Shown one piece after another: positions 8,718 through 19,057 of a DNA stretch of 64,000 bases (positions are counted from its first letter, which is position 1; each line of letters begins with the position of its first letter). A program made the translations under genes and the position numbers. The stretch is from the NCBI GenBank assembly GCA_963723455.1, contig CAVRQM010000004.1, forward strand, positions 37,324 to 101,323, read 5' to 3'. The notes under the pieces were generated by a model, which did not search any database, was not told the DNA's origin, and saw only the letters and a list, made by a program, of their open reading frames with translations. The stretch is from an uncultured Pseudomonadota bacterium. Its GTDB lineage: Bacteria; Pseudomonadota; Alphaproteobacteria; Acetobacterales; Acetobacteraceae.

Positions 8718-10267
8718 ATGGCCAGCCAGCGGAGCAGTCCCGCCAGCCTCGTCGCCTCGGCTCGCGACGGAACCGCGGACCCGTTCGCGGAGTATGCCAG
8801 CGGACCGTTCTTCTGCGAGTTGACGGCGTTGCGCGACGGCGATGGCGGCGCCGGGCTGGCGCTGCAGCGGCGCATCGCGGCGATCGGGATGACGGCGCTG
8901 CGCGCCCGCGCCGCGGCGGCGGAGACCGACCTGATCAATCTCGGCATCACCTTCACGGTCTATTCCGAAGCCGCGGCGATCGACCGCATCCTGCCCTTCG
9001 ACTGCATTCCCCGCTGCTGACCGCCGGGGAATGGCGGGTGCTGGAATCCGGCGTCAAGCAGCGCGTGGCGGCGCTGAACGCCTTTCTGCGCGACATCTAC
9101 CACGACCGACACATCATCCGCGACGGCGTGATCCCGGCCGAGCTGGTGCTCGGGAACGCCAATTACCGGCCGGAGATGCAGGGCTTCCCGGTCCGCTTCG
9201 GCACCTATGTGCATATCTGCGGCATCGACATCGTGCGCGACCAGACCGGCGGGTTCCTGGTGCTGGAGGACAACGCCCGCACGCCGTCCGGCGTGTCGTA
9301 CGTGGTCGAGAACCGGCATCTGATGGCGCGCGCCTTCCCCGACCTGATGGCCGGCATGCGGCTGCGCCCGGTGGACGATTACGGGCGCCGGCTGCACGAG
9401 GCGATGTCGGAGATCGCGCCGGAGGGCGTGGGCGATCCGCAGGTCGTGCTGCTCAGCCCCGGCATCTATAACTCGGCTTATTTCGAGCATGTCTTTCTCG
9501 CCCGCGAGATGGGCGTGCCGCTGGTCGAGGGCGCCGACCTGATGGTGGACGACGATCGGGTGTGGATGCGCGTGACCGGCGGGCGGCGGCCGGTGCACAC
9601 CATCTATCGCCGCATCGGCGACGATTTCCTCGACCCCACGGTGTTCCGGCGCGAGAGCGTGCTGGGCGTCCCCGGCCTGATCGGCGCCTGGCGGGCTGGC
9701 AACGTCACGCTGGCCAACGCGGTCGGCACCGGGGTCGCCGACGACAAGGCGATCTACGCCTACATGCCGCGCATCATCCGCTATTATCTCGACCAGGACG
9801 CGATCCTGCCGAACGTGGAGACCCATATCTGCCGCGAGCCGGCGGGCCTGGCCTATACGCTGGACCGGCTGGAGCAACTGGTGGTCAAGCCGGTGGGCGA
9901 ATCGGGCGGCTACGGCATTACCATCGGGACGCGCGCCAGCCGCGCCGAACTGGACGCGGCGCGCGCCGCCCTGATCGCCGATCCGGCGAACTGGATCAGC
10001 CAGCCGGTGATCTCGCTGTCGGTCGGCCCCACCCTGACCGAGCACGGCATCCGGCCCCGGCATCTGGATCTGCGTCCGTTCGCCGTCACCGGGCGCGATA
10101 CCTGGGTGCTGCCGGGCGGGCTGTCGCGCGTGGCGCTGAAGGAGGGCAGCCTGGTGGTCAACTCCTCGCAGGGCGGCGGCAGCAAGGACACCTGGGTGCT
10201 GGCCGACGACGATGCGGTCGGCGGCGAGGCGGTGGATGGCGGGCCGGTAGAAGTCGGGGCTGCATGA
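8718..10267 (+). pseudogene. circularly permuted ATP-grasp type 2 protein, one frameshift
   Basis: The N-part (…DLINLGITFTVYSEAAAIDRILPFDCIPR) ends at a TGA in one frame. The rest (LLTAGEWRVLESGVKQRVAALNAFLRDIYHD...ICGIDIVRD...LEDNARTPSGVSYVVENR...) continues in the 8648-10267 frame. The join is at about 9010-9016. Confidence 0.8.
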
Positions 10268-11286
10268 CCCGCGAGACGCCGCTGCTGGCGCGCTACGCCG
10301 AGTGCCTGTTCTGGATGGCGCGCTACCTGGAGCGGGTCGAGAACCTCGCGCGGCTGGTGGACGTGACCGAGACCGTCGAAAGCCCGGGCCGCGAGGCGAG
10401 GCCTGGCTCGGGCTGCTGCGCATCAACGCCGACTTGGCGGCATTCTTCGCGCGCGGGCTGGCCGGTCAGCGCCGAGGCGGTCAAGCGGTTCTATCTGTGC
10501 GACCCCGGCAACCCGACCGGCATCCCGGCCAGCCTGGAGGCGGCGCGGTTCAATGCGCGCATGCTGCGGCCGCTGATCTCGACGGAGATGTGGCGGCAGC
10601 TGAACATGTTCCATCGCGACATGGCGGCGATCGATCCGGCCGAACTGGCCGGGCGACCAGCTGAGCCGTCTGTGCGCGCGCATCAAGGAAGGCGTGCAGG
10701 CGCATACCGGCATCACCGAGGGCACGCTGTTCCGCGACCAGGGCTGGTGCTTCTACCAGCTCGGCCGGCTGATCGAGCGGGCCGACCAGACCACCCGGCT
10801 GCTGGACATCCGCTATCATCTGCTGGTGCCCGCGGCGGGCGAGGCGCGGCGGGTGGCCGAGATGACGCAATGGGGCGGCGTGCTGCGCGCCGCCGCCGGC
10901 CATCATGCGTTCCGCCGCGTGGCCCCGCCGGGCTTCACGCCGGCCGACGTGGTGGCGTTCCTGCTGGCCGATACCAGCTTCCCGCGCAGCGTCGGGCTGT
11001 GCATCGAGCAGATCGAATGGCTGCTGTCGCATCTGCGCACCAAATACCGGCTGCGCGGCACCGCCCCGCGCTGGAGCGGGTCGAGGAATTGCGCGCCGCC
11101 GTGCTGGCGAGGCCGATCGCGCAGATCATCGCGGGCGGCCTGCATCAGTTCCTGGACGGCGTGCAGCGCGACCTGATCCTGCTGGCCGGCGAGATCGGCA
11201 CGGCATTCTTCCGCGACTGGAGGCCGCTTGCCGATCCGGCGGAGGCGAGCCAAAGCCAGAGCCAAGGCCAGATTCGGGCGGCGTAG
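10264..11286 (+). pseudogene. alpha-E domain protein (partner of the CP ATP-grasp), at least 4 frame changes
   Basis: The start overlaps the upstream stop (ATGA). Recognisable segments (LLARYAECLFWMARYLERVENLARL / EAWLGLLRINADL / SAEAVKRFYLCDPGNPTGIPASLEAARFNARMLRPLISTEMW / GITEGTLFRDQGWCFYQLGRLIERADQTTRLLDI...) alternate between three frames, at about 10395, 10455, 10655 and 11065. Confidence 0.8.
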
Positions 11287-11411
11287 CTGCCGTGATTGCG
11301 GGCAGACTGACGCCGTGCGGGCAGATCCTTGCCAACGACCATTTTACCTTCGCCATATTGGCCGTGGCGCGGTTCCTGCTAAGATCCACACACCAAAGAA
11401 GGGGTTCGGGC

Positions 11412-12611
11412 ATGCAAAACGACGAAACCACGACCGCCGCTGTGCATCGTCCGACATCCGCGGAATCGACCGTGACTGCGGCACGCGGATTTTCGCGCCG
11501 CATTCTGCTGGCCCGCTCGGCGGCGCTCGGCGGCGTCGCGGCGCTGGGTCCGTTCGTGGTGCGACGAGGCGCGGTCGTCCTCGGGCGCGCTGAGCCTGCT
11601 GAACTGGTCCGACGAGGAGCCCAATCCGCTGATCCCGGATTTTGAGAAGGCGACCGGCATCAAGGTCACGACCACGCCGTTCTCGCAGAACGAGGAGCAG
11701 ATCAACAAGCTGCAGGCGACCGGCGGCGAGGGCTTCGACCTGTGCCAGCCGACGCACGACCGCGCGCTGCAGTTCAAGGACCTGGGCGTGCTGGCGCCGT
11801 TCGACGAAAGCAAGCTGGCGATCGACAATCTGCTTCCTGCGCCTGGCGCATGTGTCCGATACGCTGTGGCGCTGGGACGGCAAGCTGTACCACACGCCGC
11901 ATTGCTGGGGCAGCGAGGCGATTGTCGTGGCGCACCGACAAGACCACACTGGACTACACGACGCTCAGCTACGGCACGCTGTGGGACGACCGAATACAAG
12001 GGCCAGGTGCAGGGCCGGCCGCACTCGTTGCTGCTCGGCATCGGCCTGTGGCTGGACGGCAGCGGCAAGGTGCCGAGCAACCGCATGCTGGACGCCTATA
12101 AGGATCCGGCGACGATGAAGCAGATCTACGACCAGCATCCTGCCGGTGGCGCTCGCGCACAAGCCGTGGATCAAGCAGTTCTGGGATTCGGCGCCGACAA
12201 CACCAAATCCGGGCTGATGGAGAACGACGTCGTGATCGGCCAGACCTGGGACGGGCCGGTCGATCAGCCTGAAGAAGGCCGGCAAGCCGGTCGCCTACAT
12301 GGCGCCGAAGGAAGGCGCGATCGCCTGGGTCGACGGCTGGGCGCTGGTGCAGCCGGCGCGCAAGTCGAGCAGGCCTATGCGTGGCTGCAGTACGTCCACT
12401 CGCCCGCGGGATCGGCGCAGCATGGCCGAACATTCCGGCTACAACCCGGTGGTCAAGGGAGCCGACGCGCTGCTGTCGGCCAAGGCGAAGGCGATCTTCA
12501 ACGCGAGCTATCCCGGGCGACGCGCTGCAAAAGCTGTGGCCGCGGCCGGTGGAGCCGACCTGGTTCGCCGATCTGCGCACCGAGTATGCCGAGAAGTTCC
12601 AGGCCGCCTGA
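11412..12611 (+). pseudogene. ABC transporter periplasmic substrate-binding protein (polyamine PotD/PotF-like), about 10 frame changes
   Basis: The Tat-like leader (RRILLARSAALGGVAALG) is followed by family-like segments scattered over three frames: LSLLNWSDEEPNPLIPDFEKATGIKVTTTPFSQNEEQINKL; WDGKLYHTPHCWGSEAIVV; LLLGIGLWLDGSGKVPSNRMLDAYKDPATMKQIYDQ; APKEGAIAWVDGWAL; QAYAWLQYVHSP; TWFADLRTEYAEKFQAA. Confidence 0.8.
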
Positions 12612-12630
12612 GATCGTGTCGGCGCAAGTC

Positions 12631-12712
12631 CGTCACCCCGGCCTCTTCCGGAGGGAGAGGGAGCAGAAAGCCCTCTCCCTCCGGGGAAGGGTTGGGTGAG
12701 GGGCGTGCCGCC
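12631..12712. repeat. palindromic intergenic repeat element (REP-like), copy 2, between two cistrons of the ABC operon
   Basis: GTCACCCCGGCCTCTTCCGGAGGGAGAGG-GAGCAGAAAG-CCCTCTCCCTCCGGGGAAGGGTTGGGTGAGGGGCGTGCCGCC. The stem CCGGAGGGAGAGG pairs with CCTCTCCCTCCGG. Confidence 0.7.
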
Positions 12713-13785
12713 ATGACGCGCCGACATCGAACTCGACCACGTCACTGTCCGCTTCGGCGCTTTCACCGCCGTCGCCGACGCCAGCCTGCGCATCGCGCCG
12801 GGCGAGTTCTTCTAGCTTCCTCGGCCCCTCGGGCTGCGGCAAGACCACGATCCTGCGCACCATTTCCGGCTTCCTCGAGCCGACCGCGGGCGCGGTGCGC
12901 ATCGGCGGCGCGGACATGCGCGGCATCGGCCCGAACCAGCGGCCGACCGCGCTGATCTTCCAGAAGCCTCGCGCTGTTCCCGATGATGAGCGTGGCCGAG
13001 AATATCGGCTACGGCCTGCGCGTGCGCGGCGTGGCGCGGCGGCAGCGGCGCGAGGCGGTCGAGCGGCTGCTGCATCTGGTCGCGCTGTCCGACCAGGGCG
13101 ACAAGCGGGTCGATGCGCTGTCCGGCGGCCAGCAGCAGCGCGTCGCGATCGCCCGCGCGCTCGCGGTCGAGCCGCAGGTGCTGCTGCTGGACGAGCCGCT
13201 ATCGGCGCTCGACCTGAGGCTGCGCCAGCACATGCGCAACGAGCTGCGCGCGATCCAGCGCCGCGTCGGCGTCACCTTCATCTACATCACCCACGATCAG
13301 GGCGAGGCGCTGACCATGTCCGACCGCGTCGCGGTGATGAATCGCGGCGTGCATCGAGCAGGTCGGCGACGCGCGCGACGTCTACGACCATCCGGCGACG
13401 CTGTTCGTCGCCGGTTTCGTCGGCGAGAACAATGCGCTGCCCGGCCGCGTGGTCGCGGCCGCCGACGGCGAGGCCGCGGTGGAGACGGCGCTGGGCGTGC
13501 TGCGCGGGCGCAATCCGCGCGGGCTGGCGGCGGGGTCGCCGGCGATCGCTGTTCATCCGCCCGGAGATGCTGGAACCGGCCGGCGCGGGGGAGAACGGGT
13601 GCGAGGCGGAGGTTGCCGGCCTGGCCTATCGAAGGCAGCCTGACGCATGTCGACGTTCCGCGCCGGCACAGCCGGCGTGGCGCTGGCCGCGACCATCGGC
13701 GCGGCGTGCGCCCCCGGCGCCCGGCGATCGCATGGCGCTGCGGTTCTCCGCGCGCGACGCCGTGGTGCTGCCGGCCGGCGCCTGA
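12713..13785 (+). pseudogene. ABC transporter ATP-binding protein (PotA-like), about 8 frame changes
   Basis: Walker A (GPSGCGKTT), Q-loop, signature LSGGQQQRVAIARAL, Walker B VLLLDEPLSALD and H-loop ITHDQ are all present but spread over three frames. A TAG sits inside GEFF|SFLGPSG. Confidence 0.85.
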
Positions 13786-13792
13786 GCGGCCG

Positions 13793-14813
13793 ATGCGCAG
13801 CGCCACCTTTCACGGCTTTGTCCTGGCATTGCCGCTGCTGGTCGCCGCCGGCTTCTGGCTGGCCGCCGCGCTGGAACGCCGGCGGCGCGGCAGCACGGCT
13901 TCGTTTATTCGTCGCAACGGAGCCGCGGTGGCGGGCTATCTGCTGCTTGCGACCGGCGTCTGGATGGCGCTGCTGATCGTGCTGCCGCTGCTGACATGGT
14001 CGAACTGTCGTTCCGCCCCAAGCTGCCGCCGATCGCAGAGGGGCGGCCCGCGCGACATCTACACGCTCGCCAACTACCGCTATTTCCTGTTCGGCAACGG
14101 CTTCGACGCGAGCGGCTGGAACGTGCTGCATCTGCGCGCCTTCGCGACCACCATCTTCGTCAGCGTCGGCGTGACCCTGCGTCGATTTCGCTGCTGTGCT
14201 ATCCGCTGGCCTATGCCATGGCGCAGTCGGCCCGCCCGCAGCGCGTGCGGCTGCTGCTGCTGATGCTGGTCGTGCCGTACTGGCTGAACGAGATGCTGCG
14301 CGCCTTCGCATTCCGCGTGCTGCTGAGCGGCAGCGGGCTGGTCAACCGGCTGCTGCTGGGGCTGCGGCCTTGTTGCGCGCGTCCGATCGATTTCCTCGGG
14401 CCTGGACATCGCGATCTATGTCGGCCTGACCTACGCCTACATGCTGCTGATGATGTTTCCGCTGTACAATGCGATCGAGTAGCCTGGACCACAGCCAGAT
14501 CGAGGCGGCGCGCGATCTCGGCGCGCCGTGGTGGCGCATCCACGCCAATGTGGTGATCCCGTTCGCCAAGCCCGGCATCGCCTCGGGCTGCACGCTGGTG
14601 TTCATGCTGTACGCCGGCGCGCTGGCAGCGCCGCTGATCCTCGGCGGCCCGACGACGCTGTGGTTCACGCCGATCGTCTATGACCGCTTCTTTCAGGCGT
14701 TCAACTGGCCGCAGGGCGCGGCCTATGCCTTCATGCTGCTGCTGGCCTGCATCGCGTTCGTGCTGCTGGTGCTGCGCCTGTTCCGGCTGTCGCTGGGGCA
14801 GGTGGTGCGGTGA
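13793..14813 (+). pseudogene. ABC transporter permease (PotB-like), at least 5 frame changes
   Basis: Membrane segments plus the EAA-type loop (LDHSQIEAARDLGAPWWRIHANVVIPFAKPG) are split across frames. The ORFs starting at 12983, 13996 and 14469 each carry part of the protein. Confidence 0.8.
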
Positions 14814-15740
14814 CCGGGACGCTGGTCAACCGGGCGTTGCTGGGCGTCGTACTGGTGCTGTTCTTCGGCTTCCTGTTCGGGCCGGTGCTGGTCATCGCCG
14901 TCACCGCATTCAATGCCTCCGGCTATCCGCAGGTGCTGCCGTTCGAGGGGTTCACGCTGGCGCTGGTTCGCAACGCTGGCTGCCGATCAGGAGATGCTGT
15001 ACGGCCTCGGCAACAGCCTGCGCATCGGGCTCTTCGTGGTGCTGCTGTCGGTGCCGCTGGGCCTGGCCGGCGCGATCGTCATGCAGCAGGTGTACGCGCG
15101 CGCACGCGGCATCTACTATCTGGTGGTGGTGGCGCCGGTGCTGACGCCGGGCATCATCATCGGCATCTCGACCGTCATCTTCTGGCGCGGCGTCACCGCG
15201 ACGACCGGGACGCGGTTGCTGTACGACGGCACGGTGCTGACGGTGCTCGGCCAGTCCAGCTTCATCGCATCCTACTGCATGCTGATCTTCCTCGCCCGCC
15301 TGCAGCGCTTCGACGCCGCGCTGTCCGAGGCCGGGCTCGATCTGGGGGCCAGCCAGGCGCAGGTGTTCCGGCATATCCTGCTGCCGTTCCTGCGTCCGGC
15401 GCTGTTGTCGGCGGCGGTGATCGCGTTCCTGTCCAGCTTCGAGAATTACAACACGACGACCTTCGCAATCCTGGCCGACAAGACACTGGTGACCATCCTG
15501 GCAGGGCGGATGCGGCAGGGGCTGACGCCGGCGGTCAGCGCGCTGGCGGTTGTCATCGTTGCGGCCACGATTTTCGGTGCTGTCGTCTACGAAGTGCTGC
15601 AACGCCGTCAGGACCGGCGCAGGCGGGTCCGTCTCGACGACGCCCACCGCGCCAGCGTCGCCGAGACCGCACGGGCACCGGCCGCGGCCAGCGCCGATCC
15701 GCGCACTCCGTCCCGCATCGCCGCGGTTGCTACATCGTAA
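14810..15740 (+). pseudogene. ABC transporter permease (PotC-like), one frame change near 14955-14965
   Basis: A GTG start overlaps the upstream stop. The N-part MTGTLVNRALLGVVLVLFFGFLFGPVLVIAVTAFNASGYPQVLPFEGFTL is in one frame. The rest (RWFATLAADQEMLYGLGNSL...LDLGASQAQVFRHILLPFLRPAL...) is in the 14913-15740 frame. Confidence 0.8.
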
Positions 15741-15815
15741 CAGAAAAGTCATTTGTCTTTCATGGCGCCGCCGCTAGGAAAGGTCCGCCCGGCGGCCTGC
15801 CGCGGGCGCCTGCAC

Positions 15816-17517
15816 ATGGGGACACCGATGGCTCAGGACTGCACTCGCCGCCGCGCCGCCCGGCGCGGAACACGGGCCTTGTCGCTGGGCGCCGCCGCCG
15901 TGCCGCTGGCGCTCGGCGTGGTCCTGCCGTGCCGCGCATCGGCGCAGGACGTCGTGCCGCTGACCGAGAGCATCGCCCCGGCAAGCAGCGCCGATCAGCA
16001 TGCTGGGCCAGGCCGATCCGCAGGCCGCCGTATCGTTCCAGGTGGCGCTGCGGCTGCGCAACAGGACCGATCTGGACGCCCGGCTGGCCCGTGGCGAGAC
16101 GCTGGGGGCGGCCGAACTGGCCGGGCGGCATCTGCCGACGCCGGATGCCTACCGCGCCGTGCGCGCATGGCTGGTCGGCCAGGGGCTGACCGTCGATCGC
16201 GACACCGACGACCGCCTGATGATCCAGGCGCACGGCACCGTGGCGCAAGTCGGCCGGGCGCTGGGGGTCCGCTTCGCGCGGGTCGCCGCTGAGGGCCAGA
16301 CATTCGTCGCTGCGCAGCAGGCGCCGTCGCTGCCGGCCGCCATCGCCGTCGAGGTGGAAAGCATCAACGGCCTGCAGCCGTATCAGCACATGCACCGCAT
16401 GGGGATGGTCGCGCCGATGCCGAGCGCCGAGCGATTGCGGGCCGCGACGGGCGCTGCACGCGGGATCATCATCTCCGGCTTCTACTACCCAGGCGGCATC
16501 CTGCGCGCCTACAAGGCGCTACCGTACCTGGCGCAGACCGGGCAGGGCACGCGCACGGCGATCCTGATCGACGCACTGCCGAACACCAGCGACCTGACCG
16601 CCTTCTACTCGCTGATCGGCAGCCAGCAGACGGTGGCCAATGTCGAGTTCGTCAAGGTCGCGTCCGGCACCCTGCCGCCGCCATCGGGTGAGGAAACGCT
16701 GGACGCCGAATGGGCCAGCGGCATCGGCTACCAGTCCAAGGTCCGCGTCTATGCCGCCGGCAGCCTGGCCTTTACCGCGCTGGACGCCGGGTTCCACGCC
16801 ATCCTGAGCGACCTGTCGAACGGCGTGGCGATCAACCAGCTGTCCATCAGCCTCGGCGCCTGCGAGACCGGGATCTCCTCCGGACAGATCCGCACCGACA
16901 ACGCGCTGCTGGCAAGCATCGCCGCGCGCGGCGTCAGCATCTTCGTCTCGACCGGCGATCAGGGCGCGCTGGAGTGCGGCTCTGGCGGAGGCCTGCATCC
17001 GGCGTTCTATTCAACCAGCCCGTACGTGACCGCGGTCGGCGGCACGCACCTGGTCATTTCCACCAAGACCGCCCATTCGGAAACGGCAACCATCCGCAGC
17101 GAGACCGGCTGGAGCGGCAGCGGCGGCGGCGTCAGCAGCGTGTTCGCGCGACCGTCCTACCAGTCGGCCTTGTCATATCACGGGCGCGCAGTGCCCGATG
17201 TGGCAGCGGTGGCCGACCCGGCGACCGGGGTGGACATCGTGCTGAACGGCGTCACCGAGGAGGTGGGCGGCACTTCCGCCGCCACGCCGATCTGGGCGGG
17301 GTTGGCGTCCCTGGTCAATCAGGCGCGCTTCGCCTCCGGGCTTGCGGCGCTCGGCCAACTCAACCCCCGCATCTACCCGCTGCTGGGCTCCGCCAGCCTG
17401 CGCGACGTCACCCAGGGCAATAACGGCTATACCGCTGGACCTGGTTACGATCTGGTCACTGGTCTCGGCTCGCCGGTGATGAACCAGTTGCTCCCGTCGC
17501 TGGTAGCGCAGCCGTAG
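15816..17517 (+). pseudogene. S53 (sedolisin/kumamolisin-like) serine peptidase with pro-domain; signal peptide is out of frame
   Basis: The signal (RRGTRALSLGAAAVPLALGVVLPCRASAQDVVPL) is in the 15753 frame. The pro-domain and catalytic domain start in the 16000 frame (…TLDAEWASGIG…, SSGDQGA-type STGDQGA, GGTSAATPIWAGL). The join is at about 15975-16000. Confidence 0.75.
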
Positions 17518-18976
17518 CCGGCGGGCCTGGCCCAGGGCCGGGGGCAAGGGCGGGAGCAGGGGCAGGGGCAGGGGCCGCTCCGGGTCCGTGCTGCGCCGCA
17601 TAGGCCGCCAGTCCGCGCCAGCCCGGCAGCGCCAGCAGGTCGGGGTGGTCGGCGGCCACTTTCATCGCGACATTGTGGAAGGCAGCCGTGGTCCGCGCGG
17701 CGCTCGGCGCGTCGGAGGTGCCGGCCGAGGCCGGGACGGCTGCCGCGACCAGCGCCGCGTGCGCTGCCGCGGCCGCCGGCAGCGCGGGGCCGGACACGGT
17801 GCCCGTCGGCACCTGGGTCAGCGCCGTCGCCAGCCGGCCCAGATGCGGCTGGCGGGCACCCACCTCGGCCGAATAGTCCTGCCCCGGATTGAACCGGTCG
17901 GCCAGCATCTGCAGGAACGAGGTGTGATCCAGCCGGTCGCCGAACGGCACGCCGGGCGCGACGTGCGGCGAGATCAGGAAGGCGGGCACCCGCACCCCGG
18001 TCGTGGCAATTGCCGCGCCGCCGACGGCAGCCGGTATCGGCAGCGGCGTCACATGATCGAAGAACCCGCCATGCTCGTCATAGGTCACCACCAGCAGCGT
18101 GTTGCGCCAGCGCTCCGGGTTGGCGATCAGGGTGCGGTAGATGTCGGCCAGGAATGCCTGGCCGCGGGCGATGCCGGTCGGCGGGTGATCATCGTTCGGC
18201 GCGCCGTGCGGGCCGTCGGTGTATTCCGGCTCGATGAAGATTACGCTCGGCATCGGCGCGGCCGCGGTCCAATGCGCGGCGAACCGGTCATAGCGGCGGA
18301 ACCGCCCGCGGCCGCCGAGATCGGACAGCGCGAGCGAGGTGGTGATCTCCGGCAGCCAGCGCGACATCAGGCTGAAGAACGGGAAGAACTCGCCCCATTG
18401 ATAGGCGCACCAGGGCACCCGGTGGCTGGTCAGCCAGTCATAGACCAGCGGCTGATCGGGCAGGAACACCGCGGCGTTGTCCAGGATCGGGCTGTGCCCG
18501 GACATCGCCATCAGCCGGTTCGGCTGCGTGCCGGTCGGCAGGGTGGCGAACCAGTGGTCGCACACCGCGAAATTGCGGGCGAAGAAATCGAATACCGGCA
18601 CCGCGGCGGCGGTGTAGTGGCCCATGACCACGGACGGATCGGCCGGCGGCGGCGAGCGGGCCATGTAGCTGTCCACGAACCCGCCCATCCCGCCGGCGAT
18701 CCCGGATGCGGGAGCGGTGCCGATCTGCGTCGCGATTGCGGCGTGGTCGTGCGGCGGATCGGCGATCTGCTGCACCGCCGGGCCGAGCGGGTGGATCGGA
18801 TAGAGCTGCCCGGCATGGGCGTTGGCGAACCGGCCCAGCCAGGCGGGGTCGTCACGCAGCCCGTCCACCGGCAGGCGGGCCGCGCCCGGCTCGCCGCCCA
18901 GATAGCCCAGCGTGTGGTCGAACGACCGATTTTCCAGCATCACGAAGACGATGGTCTCGATATCGCCGAGCGGCAT
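17456..18976 (-). CDS. phosphoesterase family protein (non-haemolytic phospholipase C / acid phosphatase AcpA family)
   Basis: 506 aa, intact. N-terminal motif IVFVMLENRSFDHTLGYL, then YDEHGGFFDHV. The Pro/Ala-rich tail (PAPAPAPALAPGPGPGP) overlaps the 3' end of the S53 gene by 62 bp. Confidence 0.8.
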   Translation of the reverse strand: MPLGDIETIVFVMLENRSFDHTLGYLGGEPGAARLPVDGLRDDPAWLGRFANAHAGQLYPIHPLGPAVQQIADPPHDHAAIATQIGTAPASGIAGGMGGFVDSYMARSPPPADPSVVMGHYTAAAVPVFDFFARNFAVCDHWFATLPTGTQPNRLMAMSGHSPILDNAAVFLPDQPLVYDWLTSHRVPWCAYQWGEFFPFFSLMSRWLPEITTSLALSDLGGRGRFRRYDRFAAHWTAAAPMPSVIFIEPEYTDGPHGAPNDDHPPTGIARGQAFLADIYRTLIANPERWRNTLLVVTYDEHGGFFDHVTPLPIPAAVGGAAIATTGVRVPAFLISPHVAPGVPFGDRLDHTSFLQMLADRFNPGQDYSAEVGARQPHLGRLATALTQVPTGTVSGPALPAAAAAHAALVAAAVPASAGTSDAPSAARTTAAFHNVAMKVAADHPDLLALPGWRGLAAYAAQHGPGAAPAPAPAPALAPGPGPGPPATAALPATGATGSSPASRDQ

Positions 18977-19057
18977 CCGGGCCTCCTGCGCGCGCCAGGA
19001 TCACATCGGAACGAACTCGTTTCGCAATGTCAAGGGTTTGCCCCTTTGCCGCCGGCT

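Noticed and set aside
17521-17580. G-rich GGGGCA repeats as a G-quadruplex regulatory element.
   Set aside because: The tract is the coding complement of the Pro/Ala tail of the phosphoesterase ORF. Nothing indicates an independent role.
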